From assembly GCA_051362555.1 (NCBI GenBank), contig CM120640.1:12834001-12898000 (forward strand): a stretch of 64,000 nucleotides of DNA, given 5' to 3'. Positions 1 to 13,800 of this stretch are shown here, piece after piece. The first letter of the stretch is position 1; each line of letters begins with the position of its first letter. The translations under genes were made by a program, and so were the position numbers. The notes under the pieces are model-generated. The model was not told where the DNA came from. It made no database searches and was given only the letters and a program-made list of their open reading frames with translations. Source of the stretch: Lingula anatina (Eukaryota > Animalia > Brachiopoda).

Positions 1-21
1 TTGCTGCATTCCATTTTTAAC

Positions 22-26
<5 letters not shown>

Positions 27-71
<45 letters not shown>
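27..71. repeat. (CT)n microsatellite
   Basis: Direct reading. Confidence 0.95.
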
Positions 72-73
<2 letters not shown>

Positions 74-1848
74 GCAGTTACTTGCCATGTCTTCTCTCTT
101 ACATTTAAACCATACATTTTTTTTTCAGTTATCCTATTGACATATCACTAAGTGAATGTTTTCTGTCAATAACCTCTCAACAACTTTCTCAAACAGACAG
201 TTTTCAGGACTTGAAAAAAACATTTTCAACAAAGATATCTAGGGCTTTTACTCTAAGGACATGTATAAATTTGGTTTTTATCAAAATACACTTAGAAAGA
301 TTTAAACTATTGTGTTTGGATGTCAAGAACTATGATATCATGGAACAAATATTTTAAGAAAAGATTTGAGGTGTATTATTATGTGTTGGGAGTTAGGTGG
401 CTATATCAAGACTAATCCGTTTTGCTACCTTTTGTATTGCTACACATGCCAGTATAACAACAAGGCTTGATTTATGTCCATATATTTGTCCGTATGTCCT
501 TAGACGATGTAGCCACTCCAGTCTAACAAAAGGGACAGTGGTACAGGTGGACTATTATTCATGTTTAATTACTATTTCCACCTTTCATTAATTTGATTGC
601 TGTAACTAATAGGTAGGCTCTGGGCTTAAGGAGGTGATATATGCACCAATTTACTTTTGACTGTCTTTTTACCACCTGCTTTTTGAATGGGTTTTAAAGA
701 AATTCTTTATATTTATGCACACCTGTTATAATTGTGAATTAAGAAATATCGTGCATATGTTTATTAACCACTGTCATTATTCAATCAAAACAAGTTGTGA
801 GTGTAGAATATTTTATTTTCATCATTGATGGACGCATTTTTTCTGTAATTTTTTAATAAGAAAGACCCAAATAATTCCCAAACAAAATTGTTAGAAATTA
901 TTTAGAAAATGAACAAAGACATATTCAGTTCATGACCATTCCTGTGCTAGTCGGCTCATTTCAACCATTGGTCCTATTCACCATAGCCGTGATCTCTCTA
1001 TTAAAGGGTTTCCTTCAAATGATTGCTGATAGTCCTATGGGACAGAAGGACATCTCTGTGGAGCAATCCTTTATCAACTTTCCAGTTGGCAAGCCTTTGT
1101 TTAGGTTAAGCATATTGGCTTTTAGCGCATTCTGCTCATTTTCTACTGAAAACCATGGTTGACTTAATATGCTTTTCTGTTTAAGTAATTTTTGTTTGTT
1201 TGGCATTGTAAGTACATCTAGAAACTAGGACAAATTGGTTTGAAATAAATAGAATACCATGTCGCGACTATGTTTGCAATTGTGTGTGTATATCCCATTG
1301 GTATCAAATCTACATTCAGATTAGTTTTGGAAGGGAATTTAAATGCCCATCTCAAACATATCAATTTGGAAATTAATTTACAATAAATATGTCTGTGTTT
1401 GTGAATATTATGCCAAGATAAATCCACAGTTAAGGCTACGTTAGAGAGCTGATGGGAAAATAACTCTCTAGGCTTATCAAGTTGTTCATATCATAAATGT
1501 CAATTCTGGTGGTCTGATGCTGAAAATAGAGCTATAAGTCAATTGTAGCACATGTATACACAATTTTGTGACAGTTTACTTTGAGAGATTGAGATATTAT
1601 ATGGAACATTGAATGGGAAATGTAATTTTCATCTGCGAATGAAAAAATAACTAAAAGCTAGCTGTCCCTCCTATCTGAGTGTGATTTTTCTTTCAAAAAA
1701 TTGTTTTATAAATACATTTTTGTTTTTTTCTGTCTGTCCATCTCACAAAATGTATGACCTGCAGAATTTTTTAAGCTTATCTGAAAATTGAGGATTTCTG
1801 GTATAAAAAGGAAGAAAAATGCATTGATATTTTTATTCATCATTTCAG

Positions 1849-4800
1849 GCTCACGTCGTTGCTGCATTTGAACAGAGTTTGTCTAACATGACTTCCCGCC
1901 TTCAAAACCTGACATGCACAGCAGAGGCAAAGGTGAGTTATGGGTGACACTAGGTCTTAAGTTGGTTGGGGATGTATTAAATGGGAATTTGAAATACCTG
2001 TTCTTACAAGTGCAAATTAGTCATCCAGTTATAATTTACATCAAGTTTTTTAATCTAATGCTAGACATACTACATACATAGTCCAATAATAGATTTTAAA
2101 ACTTAATTTATTTTTTCGCTATCATTGGGTCAAGTCAACATCATAATATACTGACCAAATTATCAGTATGTGCTGGCTACCATAAATTTTCCACAATCTA
2201 AAATTGATCTCAGAAATGGTAGGTCTGTTAAACTGTGTCTGGCAATATTGATCATAGGTGGTGTGTTTGTACAGTAATATTCATTTATTTGAAACTCAGA
2301 GAGTGAAATGTCTTGTCAAAATTTCAAATATGATTTCTGATGATTATGTGTGGTTAGTTTTTTGTCTATTTTGGTCAATGATAATGACTAGGGTAGTCAG
2401 TGAGGAGCTTATCCTGGGGCACAAATACATATATTTACTCATTGGGCAGTGAACCAGATAACACCCAAACCAAAGTTGTATGTATTTAAAGAACTATCCT
2501 GTGTTTCCGCTGTCATCCAATAAGGATGGTCACAATAAGTACAGGACACTGAATTGTCCGTCCTGCTAAGAATTGGATTGAGACATGAAATAACTCAATT
2601 TTGACAAGAGGGTCAGTTGGAACAAATATATTTAACTATATAACAAGTAAATAAAACATTTGTAACTGCATAGCCTGACAGGCAGCAAGATTAATTTGCT
2701 GCCAAGTAAATTTGTCTGACTACTCAATGATTTTTCATGTGCTGCTAATAATTAGCCATCAAATACCCATTTGCTTACGCGGCCAAGTTCAGCTTTAACC
2801 TGGCCATAGTCAACCCCCATTTTTGTTCTCACACAGGTCTCTTGCAACTTTATTTTCTTACAAGGAAAAACATGACAGACTTTTATTATTGCCATCAAAA
2901 AACCATGAACATACAATGAAACAGTACACACATTATCATAAATTTTGTCAGTAATAGGGGAGGTATAAAAGAAAACCAAGGTGCCTCCCCCAAATAATCT
3001 GTCAGGTTCTCCAGAGATGGTAACTGATGACAGGTAAAAGATGTATAGTTCTTGTCAAGGAGTCACATATGAGATAGTTATGAGCTGTCTTTAACATCTC
3101 TTATCCTACCTGACATGAAAACAAGCTGTTGACACGAAATCCTGTCTCTGTGCATACTCATTACTTAGGTGACTACTGGGATTGAAAGATGTCCTTTTAC
3201 CACGATGGGGTAGGTTTTTGTGTTGAATATTATCTAAGTGCAAAATTATTGCACAATCTAATCTTTTGAAGAGATATTGTGTGATAACTTGTGCCATGAG
3301 GGAAGATCATTCAAAGAATTACAATTCACATGTATTCCTACTTCTGGCTATTTTTCTCAGTGCTAGCTACAGTGTTGTTCATGCCATTTATAAAACAAGA
3401 TAAATGGAAAGTTAAGAACATGCTTTTTCTTCCTCACTTGAACTATTCCCCTTGGCATCAGAACATTTTATGAGGGGGAAAAATGTACATTAATATCCCA
3501 TCGATTGAAACAAGCTTGGAGCATGAACCTCTCTCTATCTCTCTCTTTTAAGTTCTGACTTGAGATTTGATTTTGTTGGTAGAAGTAGAAAATTTTATTT
3601 GAGTTATTTGATAAAAGTTTCTACCACCCGTCCTTTATTTTCTCTCTCTTGTTATCTTGTTATGGCTATTTATTGTGAACTGATTGCTCATTTCTAGGAC
3701 ACAGATGAGATCCTTAAAACCATCGAAGCCTTGCGACTCCAGCGAGCTCTTGTACGAGTCGCCCGCATAAATATGATGTCCACCGATTGGAAACAGGCTG
3801 AAGTGAGATCTTTTAGCTCTATCCAGGCTTGACCAAGTTTATAATCCTTTTACTAACCCCTGTGTGTTCCAAAATATTTATGATAATATTTATATTAGAT
3901 TTGTCTGTTTCCCTTCCTCCTCATTCAAGGTGAATGGACTTTTTTGGTACATGCCTACCATGAAAATGCCCGTCCTCCTTGTTTTTTGCTAAATGTTTGC
4001 AAGCATGTTTTAACAACAAACTCATTTGTGGAAATAAGGGGACAAAACTACATTTTCTTGTGTTAATCCACCTTTCAACTGTAATAGTTGATTGGTGGAG
4101 ATGGTGAAGTAAGGTTGCCATAGAACCTCAAAACTATGACAACCATATTTATTTCAAAAGGCAAAAAAAAAAAAAAAAATCAGATATTTTCTTTTAAAAA
4201 TGATTGAGTTATCTCAGCCTGGAGAGTGTTGACAGATTCCACTGTATTCCATCTCCCATGGAGAACTTCTCTTATGATCATCTTGTACATGTAGCTTAGA
4301 TCTGTAACCCTGAGAGCTTAGCTTCCCTTAGCTCTGGGATTTTAACACAACCCAATGTGTTAACTGCATGCCTTGATGACTAGTTGATTGCCTGCCTCCC
4401 TGCATGCCCTGTCTCATCTGGAATGTGCCACGCATACAGCCAGCTCTGTGCACCCTGGTTCCTCATAGTGCAATGTTTATTATGTTGGTATGTTTTTTAT
4501 CTTATAATACTGTACTTTACTCGGTTGTTATTCCAATTGTGCAAACATATTTGTATACATATAGCACATATTATAACATCACAGTGTATGTCATGTGCCA
4601 TTTGTATGATGAATAAGTGTTTGATGAATAAGATGGTAACCTCCCCCCTCCCCCCAAATCCCCTGATCAGCCCTACACTGCTCTATATAATTTTCCTAAG
4701 ACCAGGTTTTGGGAAAGTGGTGGGATCATTGAGTCTTTCTCTGATTGTCAGTAAAAGCCACAACTTTTCATTTCACAGACATTATCTCCTTGTTCTGAGA

Positions 4801-7800
4801 AACCTCTAGGTGCAATTTTTATTAGAAAATAACTATGTGGGATACTATATTATCTGTGTATATTCCCCTCTCCTCCTCCTTACTTTCTTCTTATGGCAAG
4901 GGTTGATTGTTTGCATGTGGACTGTATTAATTTCAGACTATTTATATTCTAATAAAAAACATTTAGTAAAACATTAGCAGTAGGATGTCAGACATAACCA
5001 AATTTAGCTCCTGGATATAAACACCTTTTCCATGTTCCAAGTTTTTAGTAAGGCTAGCTGATTGGTATTCAGTTTAGACTAACAGGAGAAGACATGAACA
5101 TATCAAATTTTTTCCTTTTTTTTTTTTTAAGGCGTGCAACTTAATAACTAGAACCTAACCAAATATGGTGTTTTCTTGATGCCTCCATTACGTTGGAGTT
5201 TGTAATCATTGCTGGAGCACATTTGGATTTTGTCAGTTACATTTTAAACAAAAACAGTAGTTGGTCGCTGCCACTTATGAAAAAAAAAATTTTTTTAATG
5301 CTATCAGATAAATCCCAAATGAAAAGCTTAGTCTCCTTGTGGGTACATCAGATGGCTTGTAAGATGTAAGATTTACAAATAACTGAAGAGATGGGCATTC
5401 TGAACTTTTCAAGCCCCATCAGTCCTAAACATGGGTGATTTCTGTGTATAAACTCCACACTTTCCAGTTCAACAGTGCAAAAATGATTGCATTTTATGCC
5501 ATTTATAATTTGATTTGCAGGACACTGAACTTGCAGAATTGCGTGCTACCATTGAGGCACTGAAGAAACAGAGCACCACTCTGCCCTTCCAACAGATCAA
5601 CTTAGCAGATGCCCCTCTCAGCCCCAACAGTGCGCGTAGACATGCATCTGTATCATCCACTGGCTCAGGTAGGTAGAACAGAAGCTGTGAGAGTTGTGTG
5701 TGTGTTCTTGTGGCTATGATGTTTTTTAGTGCACATTGTTGAATGGACAGATGAATTAGAATGACTAACTTTAAGTTTGGCATGCCAAAGGACTTACATG
5801 TAAAAGATGAATAGAATACGTAATTTGCATTACATGAAAAAAAACTTTCGTGTAAATTGCATAAGATTGATAGGTTAAATGAAAATAGAAAGGGTATAAT
5901 TTATAAGATGCAGCTGTGTCTCTGAATTCCATTCTTTTCCCAACCACAAAGCTGTCCAGACACCACAGATGTTTACTATGCCTTTCCTCTGTCAGTTGCA
6001 GTAATCTCTGAAAAAAAAGTGCAAGGACTTGTAACCCTGGTCTTGTAAATCAAAAATGTGGTTCCCCTAGGCTAGCTGTCTGATCAACTCGATATTTACT
6101 GCACTTGGATGTTTTTCTTGTCAACACTTACTGCGTGCTTTTTGAGGTTATAAAGTATCTGGGAAAATTGCTACAAGAAGATCTTGAGTACAACTTTATA
6201 AGAAAGACTTCTTTTTTTTTCTTTTTGGAGAATGTTACACAGATTTTTCAAGGAGTATAGAAACTTTGCCAAAATGTTAAAAGTAGAAGGTATCTGTTAT
6301 GTCTGGTAGAGTGCCTCTTATTGCACCAAATGTGATTGATAAGCCACTGAAGTACATGGTAAATGAGAAAAAGTAATGTTGCCTCTCGAAAATAGGTTGA
6401 TCTTGTTGATAGGACATGAGAAAAAAAAAAGGATTGTGTACATCACGTGCATTTGGAGGAAGAAAGAAAATTCTGTCACTTGCATGTAAGTTTGAATATT
6501 ATTTTTTAGAAGAAAAGATTAAGCATAAGAGAAATGCAATTTGTGGCATGCGACACTGTTATTTGCCCTATTTTGGGAGGGAAATATTGAAAAAGTACAT
6601 CTAATTTCCGATCTTGGTTGTATGAATTGTTCATATGTCATGGTGCAGTGTCATGTAACCTGGTTAGGCTAGCTCGACATGTTGATTTATCTTTATGACA
6701 TTGTTTCACGCAAGGAGGAAAGGGTACTTAAAGAGACAAAACATAACTTAGGTAATCATCTGTGTTAGATGGGAATGGCTGCAGACAGATAGCCCAGACA
6801 GTTGTGTGTAAAGACAACCTACATACAGAACTGAAAAGGTAATATAGATGTGATCTGACGTTAGTAACATTACATTTCATAGTATGACATGTTTTTTATC
6901 ATAGTGACATTACATTTGTCAATGAATCATTTTAAAGTCCACAAAGGAGATGTTTGTGATATACCAGAGTTCTAGCTGTAAGGGTCTGTATAGACATATT
7001 TACATGCATCTCTTTACCTAACGTATGTACTTTCAATGTGATACAACAAGTTGTAGTGGTTGTACTTTTGGCTCTCTGGTTACACCAGCAAGATATAGAG
7101 GATGTTTTACAACATTTGCACTAGATATTGATATGTATTCTAATGTTAGAGTATATTGGCAAGCAAAGATATACAAGTCATAACTACATCTAACGCCTGT
7201 GTGCCACCAGGTGTGTGTCTTAATGAGGAATCTCTTGGCACAGTCTGAGGTGAGAAAGTGCTGTTTAATGCTGACACAAGGAAATGTAGGTTTTATTTGA
7301 TATAAAAGATGTGGAATGCTATGTGATATAGGTTATCAAAAACACTGATAGGCAGCATACATAATTAAGATTCATTAAAATGTGTATGTTACAACTCGGT
7401 ATCAAAAAAAAAAATGATGGGTACTTGTGCAGACATGTTTTGGCAACTGATAATTGATATAGTTTTGTAATTTTGATGAATAATGTAAGAAGGTTATTTG
7501 GTAGCTTGATAGGCACCCAGCAACACAGTTCATATTTGGAAATAAACACAAATAAGATGTCCTGCTGAAACATAACAAAATATGATGCCAAAAGAAAAGA
7601 AAAAAAAACTTATGGAAGACGGAGTAAAAAAATCTGCAAGGATTGACGAGGGCAAAAGTAAGTGATATTTTAGGCAAGTTGATGAAAGATTTATGTGGCA
7701 TGACAAGAGTTCATTGTTCAACTTAAGGGGTCTAGGATATTAAAAATACGTCTAAAACTCGATTTTTAGTTTTTTATACGTTAGAAATAATCAATTTTGT

Positions 7801-10800
7801 ATCTAATACTCAATTAAGTTATATTTGTGAAACACGGACTAAAAATATACATTTGGACGAGTTTTTCTACCTGTTCTGACTGGTACGGGTGGCAGGCTTT
7901 AGGCTCCGCCTCCGTTGTCAAGCACCGTTACTATGGGGGGCGGGGCAAGAATGGTTGTCTAACTTCTTAAGCTGTTACGCGTGCCCTGGCAGCTCATAAG
8001 TCTTACGTCAGCTAAGCAGAACACAGTTATATACACAGTCATGGGAAGAAAGAAAGTCGTGAGAAAACGGATGAGCGAGGAAAGCAAGAGAATTGTGAAA
8101 GAGAGTGCTTCTGGTGGATGGAGAAACCCCGCGGTAAAGACTCGAGATCACACTTGAACTGCTGAGTATTCGTACAACGTCTGGGGTTGTCAGAAAAAAA
8201 TCGTTAGGCAATCATTTTATGCACAATAAAGATTGTAATAGCAAGCAAGTTTTACAGTAATATTGCCACCCAAAACATTTTCAAATTCGCATATTACGGT
8301 CTTGGCACTCTGTGGCATCATGGCATATACGTACCCACCTTCGGCCATTTCTCGGAGTTAATCTTGCTTTACTTTCTCAATTTTCGCGTCTTGGTGTGTA
8401 GAGCGGCGCCCACGCACGACGGGTGGCATTGTCCTCTGCTGGCACACCAAGTAATCCTCTTTTTGTTTGTAAGCGCTTCCTTAGACACTTCCTAGACAGT
8501 GCACAGACTCCTACTGCGTCAGGCACAATTATGATTAATTACGTCAGTGAAACGAGAGTAGGTAGACCTACTCAGCTGTCAATCATTTCCCATGGAAGAG
8601 CGACTTTCGTGGTACGAATAAGTTTGCGTACAAAAGTAAGATTTTCTGGCATCTAGATAGAAACAAACAACCCAATTTTAACACGTAATGGTGTATAGAC
8701 CTTCCCGATCAACAAGATGATAACAGGTAAGGTGGAGGTACAATTATTTTGCTTAAATAGCCCAATTACCTGAGCAAAATGGTTTAGGAGCGATTTCTCA
8801 GCTTTGAAGATTGATAACATAGTCTAAACTTCAATCCCCATATCTCATTCTGTAATTGTCAGATTGACATGAAATTTGATGTGTCTCCGTTTCAGTATAA
8901 TATCTAGTCGTCTGAGTCTTGGTTTTTGGATTGACCTTTTATTTTTGAAGTTATTAATACTGAAATTGGAAGGTCCATATATTTTTCGTAAAATTCACGT
9001 TTTATCAAAATAAAATCAAAAGTAAAAATAAAAAGAGAAAATCCTGACAGAGTTTAATGGAGTTTGTGCTAACCTTTAGATAGCTATTTCAATCGCATTA
9101 ATAGGGCTTTTTGTTTAAGAGAAATTTTTGATTAAAAAAAAGACAATTTCAGCCTCAAAACGCTGATATTACGTCACTCGTGTTACACTGTGACTACAAA
9201 CTTTGAAAAATTGTTTGGCTTGCTAGACCTTTTCTTTAAGTTAATAGGAAATTTCATTAGCTGCATTAGTTTTGGACTTTTTCGTTAATATCCAAGATCC
9301 CTTAATGACATGATACTTACCTCCCAGACTGGCTTTCCTTTGCCAAAATGTGTGCAGGATATAAAAAGAGAGAATGTCACACTTGAAGGAGAGAAAGGGG
9401 AGGAGGTGGAGAGGTCCTAGATCTATGGCTGTAGGACAGACAGTTGTCTAGTGGAAATGATGTACAGAGAATTGATGAAGTGAGTGGTACGTCTTTTCCT
9501 TATGTACCTCTATGTGTCTGTCTACTCCAGGGAGACCACCATACATAGTTATTCCCAGACAGCAGCCAAGTCCTCATTCTCAACTCCTTGAATTATAGTG
9601 TGTGGAAGTGTTGACAATACAGAAGCCATTTGTCATTTTAGACAAGTAAAAATATTTACAAAAAATAACAACAAGGAATAATGAAAAATTATGACATTGG
9701 CGACATTAATATATAATGTACCACTGTGATATAAGATAAAAGTCCTCTGCTGTGTTCAGTTCACCCGGTATGGCTTTTAGTCATTTCTGTGTCCTGGTAG
9801 GCAGACAGGGAATCAGAGAGAGGACAGCCACTTTATCATCAGATTGTAATCTGTAGAGAAATCACTGGAATCTGGGGACACACACCACAGGGGTGCTGGA
9901 GGCTGGCTAAGGTAAAGTTGCACTGGAAATAATGATGACAGAACTTTGAGGAGTGGCCACCCAGGGACAGAGAGACTGAGCAGTGTTTGTTGACATTCAG
10001 GAGTAAAAAGGGTATTTGGGGATTTTTTTTTTCTTACTTTTTTAACCCAGTGTTTGAAAAAAGTGGGTCTCTAGTGTTTTACACAGTTTAATTTTCAGAC
10101 TTTGCAGCGACAGGTTGATTTTACTTCATGTGATTATGATTGACTTCAAGTACAAATAAATAACCATTAAAAGTAATGAGAATTAAAACCATAGGGGGGA
10201 AAAAAGCTTTAGATGCTAAATACTGCATTTGAGATGACCGTTAGATATTTTCCAAATTAGTCAAATAACCACAACTGGTATGCACATGAAATATTTCACC
10301 TCTATTTATGATTACAGCCACATGGCGCAGCTTTTGATCTTCAATCAAATTTCATCCCAGCTGAACTTCACTGGACGTTTTTGACAGCGGACGCCTGGAA
10401 AAACAATTTACTTCAGTTCTTGTTACCTGAATTAGCATTCATATTGCAGTTCAGGAATAATCTTACATCAATTTAGTCCTGACATTTGCCCCTCAACTGT
10501 TTGGCTGTCATTAAGAAATGCCCATTAGGATGTGATGTGTTTTGATGCCCATGGTTGGCAGAACTTGCACCCTCTGGTTTCATATGTATTCTGTATTATA
10601 ATGAAGTAACTAAGCTAGGGTAAAATGGATATAAACATTGTTGTTTAAAAAATATATCAAAGTACAAATTTCATCAGAAATGTAAATCACTAAGAAAAAT
10701 TCTGTTATTTGCTTTTGGGCACAGACAGAGATGTTGGGCACTTTTTTGTCAGTAAAAAATTCAACATACAAATGTTATTGTTATCAAGTGACTAGAAAAT

Positions 10801-13800
10801 AAAACAAGAATATCTACTGACACTTAATGTGATACAAATCTATCTAACCAAATTGTTGAAAATGTCGACTAATTACCTACAGGAGTCAAGAGATCTCAAA
10901 TTCCTGTAACATTTTGATGAAAGAGACCACACAGTAGCTTTTAATAAGACCTAATAAATTATTAAAGATATCACCATGGCAGTGCCTTTAATATTTTAGA
11001 AAGACTCCCATCATTAGAGCAATAATGGTGACATATTAGACTCATTCCCACCAACCTAATTAAGAAGCCCAATAACAGTTGAGTAAGATTAAGCCCATCT
11101 TAATTAGATTATTCTGCCATTATCTCATTCCACTTTTAATTGATTGGGCTTCAAATAAGCTAACTTGATGTATGGGGCCAAGGGCTCATTAACTGTTAAT
11201 TACAGTTAATGGAGTGAAGCAAGTCCAGGTATTGTATGTGTGACATGAAATGTTGATGAGGTTAGTGTGGGATGTGTGTTTGAATAGTCTTTAGCATAGG
11301 AGCATGGTAAGGGAAAAGAAGTGTCATACTGCTACTCTCCTGTGAACATGAGGAAAGAGTACAAATAAAGGATGATTGCTGTTTAAAAAGGTATTTGTAA
11401 CTGAGTGTTGTCTCTTGTGTTATAATAAGTTTTTTTTTAAGGAAGACATAATTTCATAAAGTTTGGGAGATTCTGGGATGCGGTTCTTGCTGTCAGTTGT
11501 AATCGCAGAAAAGAGTGATAAAAGGTAGTTATAAAGTGTTATAGTTACAACACTACTGATACTGTCAGATGAACTGGAGATTCGCCCTAAGAGAAGTTTA
11601 CCTTCTTTTAATTTGGCACATAAAAGATTGCAAATCATTATATTTTATATACACATGGAAGATAACTGTTGTTAACAGATATTGTATTACATTAGCATTA
11701 TATCTTTGTGTGAATACTTTCTGACTGAATCATTTAGATATTTAAAAAAATCAATGGATAAAACTTAATGTAAAAGTACTAAAATGTATACTACTTATTA
11801 ATACCTTAAGGGTACGAATACATGTGAGTCTAATGAGTGCTACACATGCAATGTTGGAGTAGCATACTGTCCATGAGCAGAATTAAGATGTCACCAACAT
11901 CACTGTAGTGATATATATGCAGCCTCAGACTTATATGTGACAGCCTGATATAATAAAACGTGGGTGTGTCAGCTTGCAGACAGTGCAAATTGTTTAGAGA
12001 GGCGTCATCCAATGTGATGTTATGTAATGGCAACCTCTGAAGTTGTCCTTTACCATGTCATGTCTGCTAGCTATAGGGATATGATGCAATGTGAATGTTT
12101 GCCACTAGCAGATTGGCACACAAGAGTTGAACCTATATGTCCTGAATCCAAAATATAGCCCATTGTGTTATGCTGGACAGGTGAAATCAGTGCAAAGGCT
12201 AGCAGATACATTTTGTAATCAAACTGAAGTAATGGTAATTGTTATGTATATACATGTGCATGCTTACTAGTATCTGTATGTTTGTACAGCCACACGTGCT
12301 TGCGCACACAAGCAACATTATGATCACCTGTGACCATTTTTGTCTATAGTCGTAATGCAAAAAGATGTATGTTACTGAGAAAAAAATTCTTTGCAGTAAT
12401 AAAAATGTCCATTAGGAATGCACCTGTTCCTGGTGACCTTTGGAAATAATTGTGTCAAATGAGCCGTGCATCCTTCCCCATCTTGTAATGTTTTACTGCC
12501 ACTATATCTCATACCAACATTAGCCACTGTGTTTATGGTACCACGGGTATCCCAGGAAACTTGCATCATGATCACATACTCTAATATCAGCTGTTAGTAT
12601 TAGTGAAGGTAAGAGGATATATTTTTGTAGAAATAATTAATGAAAGGTCTTTTCCCATTCGCATACTGTTTTGCAAAGAAAAAAAAATGTTCAAAACAAA
12701 ATGGATGTATGCAGAATTGCATAGAGTTAAAGGCATTTATAACAAAAAAAGTTTTGCTGTTAAAAATGTAAAGCAAGTTTTAATTTGACATACACGCAGT
12801 GATGTACAGGGTGGTTGCCTGGCAACAGTGAGGATGCTCAACATCTGAAATGTCAACAGGATACTGAGAGTTGTTATGAAGAATCTGAGGAATCACAGAA
12901 ATCAGGGTCCCGGGATTGGGAGAAGGTAGTTAGTGGTAGAACACTGTATACCTGAGTACGAGGAACAGTAATAAGTGGCTCTGCAGGTAGATGTTCGCAT
13001 TCCAGTGGTAAAAACTCCCAGCATGCGTTCCCAAAACAGTTTCCAACGGCAGAGATGCAATATAAGATACATTGCATCTTTTAGTAAGCTTCATACTGGT
13101 TATCTGAAGAATGCAAGCTGCTCTCAATAATGGGGATTTTCTAGGATTTATTCACATGAATCTTTCTTAGAATTCAGGAAAATCAGATGTTATTAATTTC
13201 AAACTAGAGCGGGGATTAAGACTCATTTGGAATTCATAAGACAACAGGTATGAATGTTTTAATTGTTTTGTGTCTGGTATCTGGAGAGTTTTATTGCACA
13301 ATTTATGATTAGAAGTTCATGTTTCTACTTGATTAATCAGGAAGGACTATACAATGTTGTTGGTGTCAGTGTTTTAAATCAGACTAAACCAAAATTATGA
13401 ACATGCTTGTAAGTTTGTTTTTTTTTTTTTAATATTTAGTTGTAACATATTTAAGTTAAAACACCAGCTCTTTAGCTGTCTATGTTGTGAGCTAAGTTGG
13501 ACACGAGATCTGTACTCCTCAGTAAAAAAAAAATGGCATTTATTGCCAACATGAACGTTTGATGCCGGGAGCACATTTAATTAACAGCAGACTTTTCACC
13601 ATTCAGACTCAGGATATGAAGTTAATTCTGCTCATTATAACATTACTCCTTCAGTGCAGGTCAATAGTTAGTGCTTGCACATCTTTTACATGTCCAACTA
13701 CCTGACAGACATGGTTAGGCAACAGTCACGTTTGAATGTAATGGCATCATATATATGTCAGACGCAATATTTCAGTTGTTTTGCAGGAGAAGCATGAGAA

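Noticed and set aside
504-546. Possible small NAV exon (ttag|ACGATG...CAG|gtggac)
   Set aside because: Weak donor, non-symmetric length and no NAV-like peptide; cannot be tested without the upstream exon.
4384-4809. 141-aa Cys-rich hydrophobic ORF
   Set aside because: Intronic AT-rich composition with no motif or splice support.
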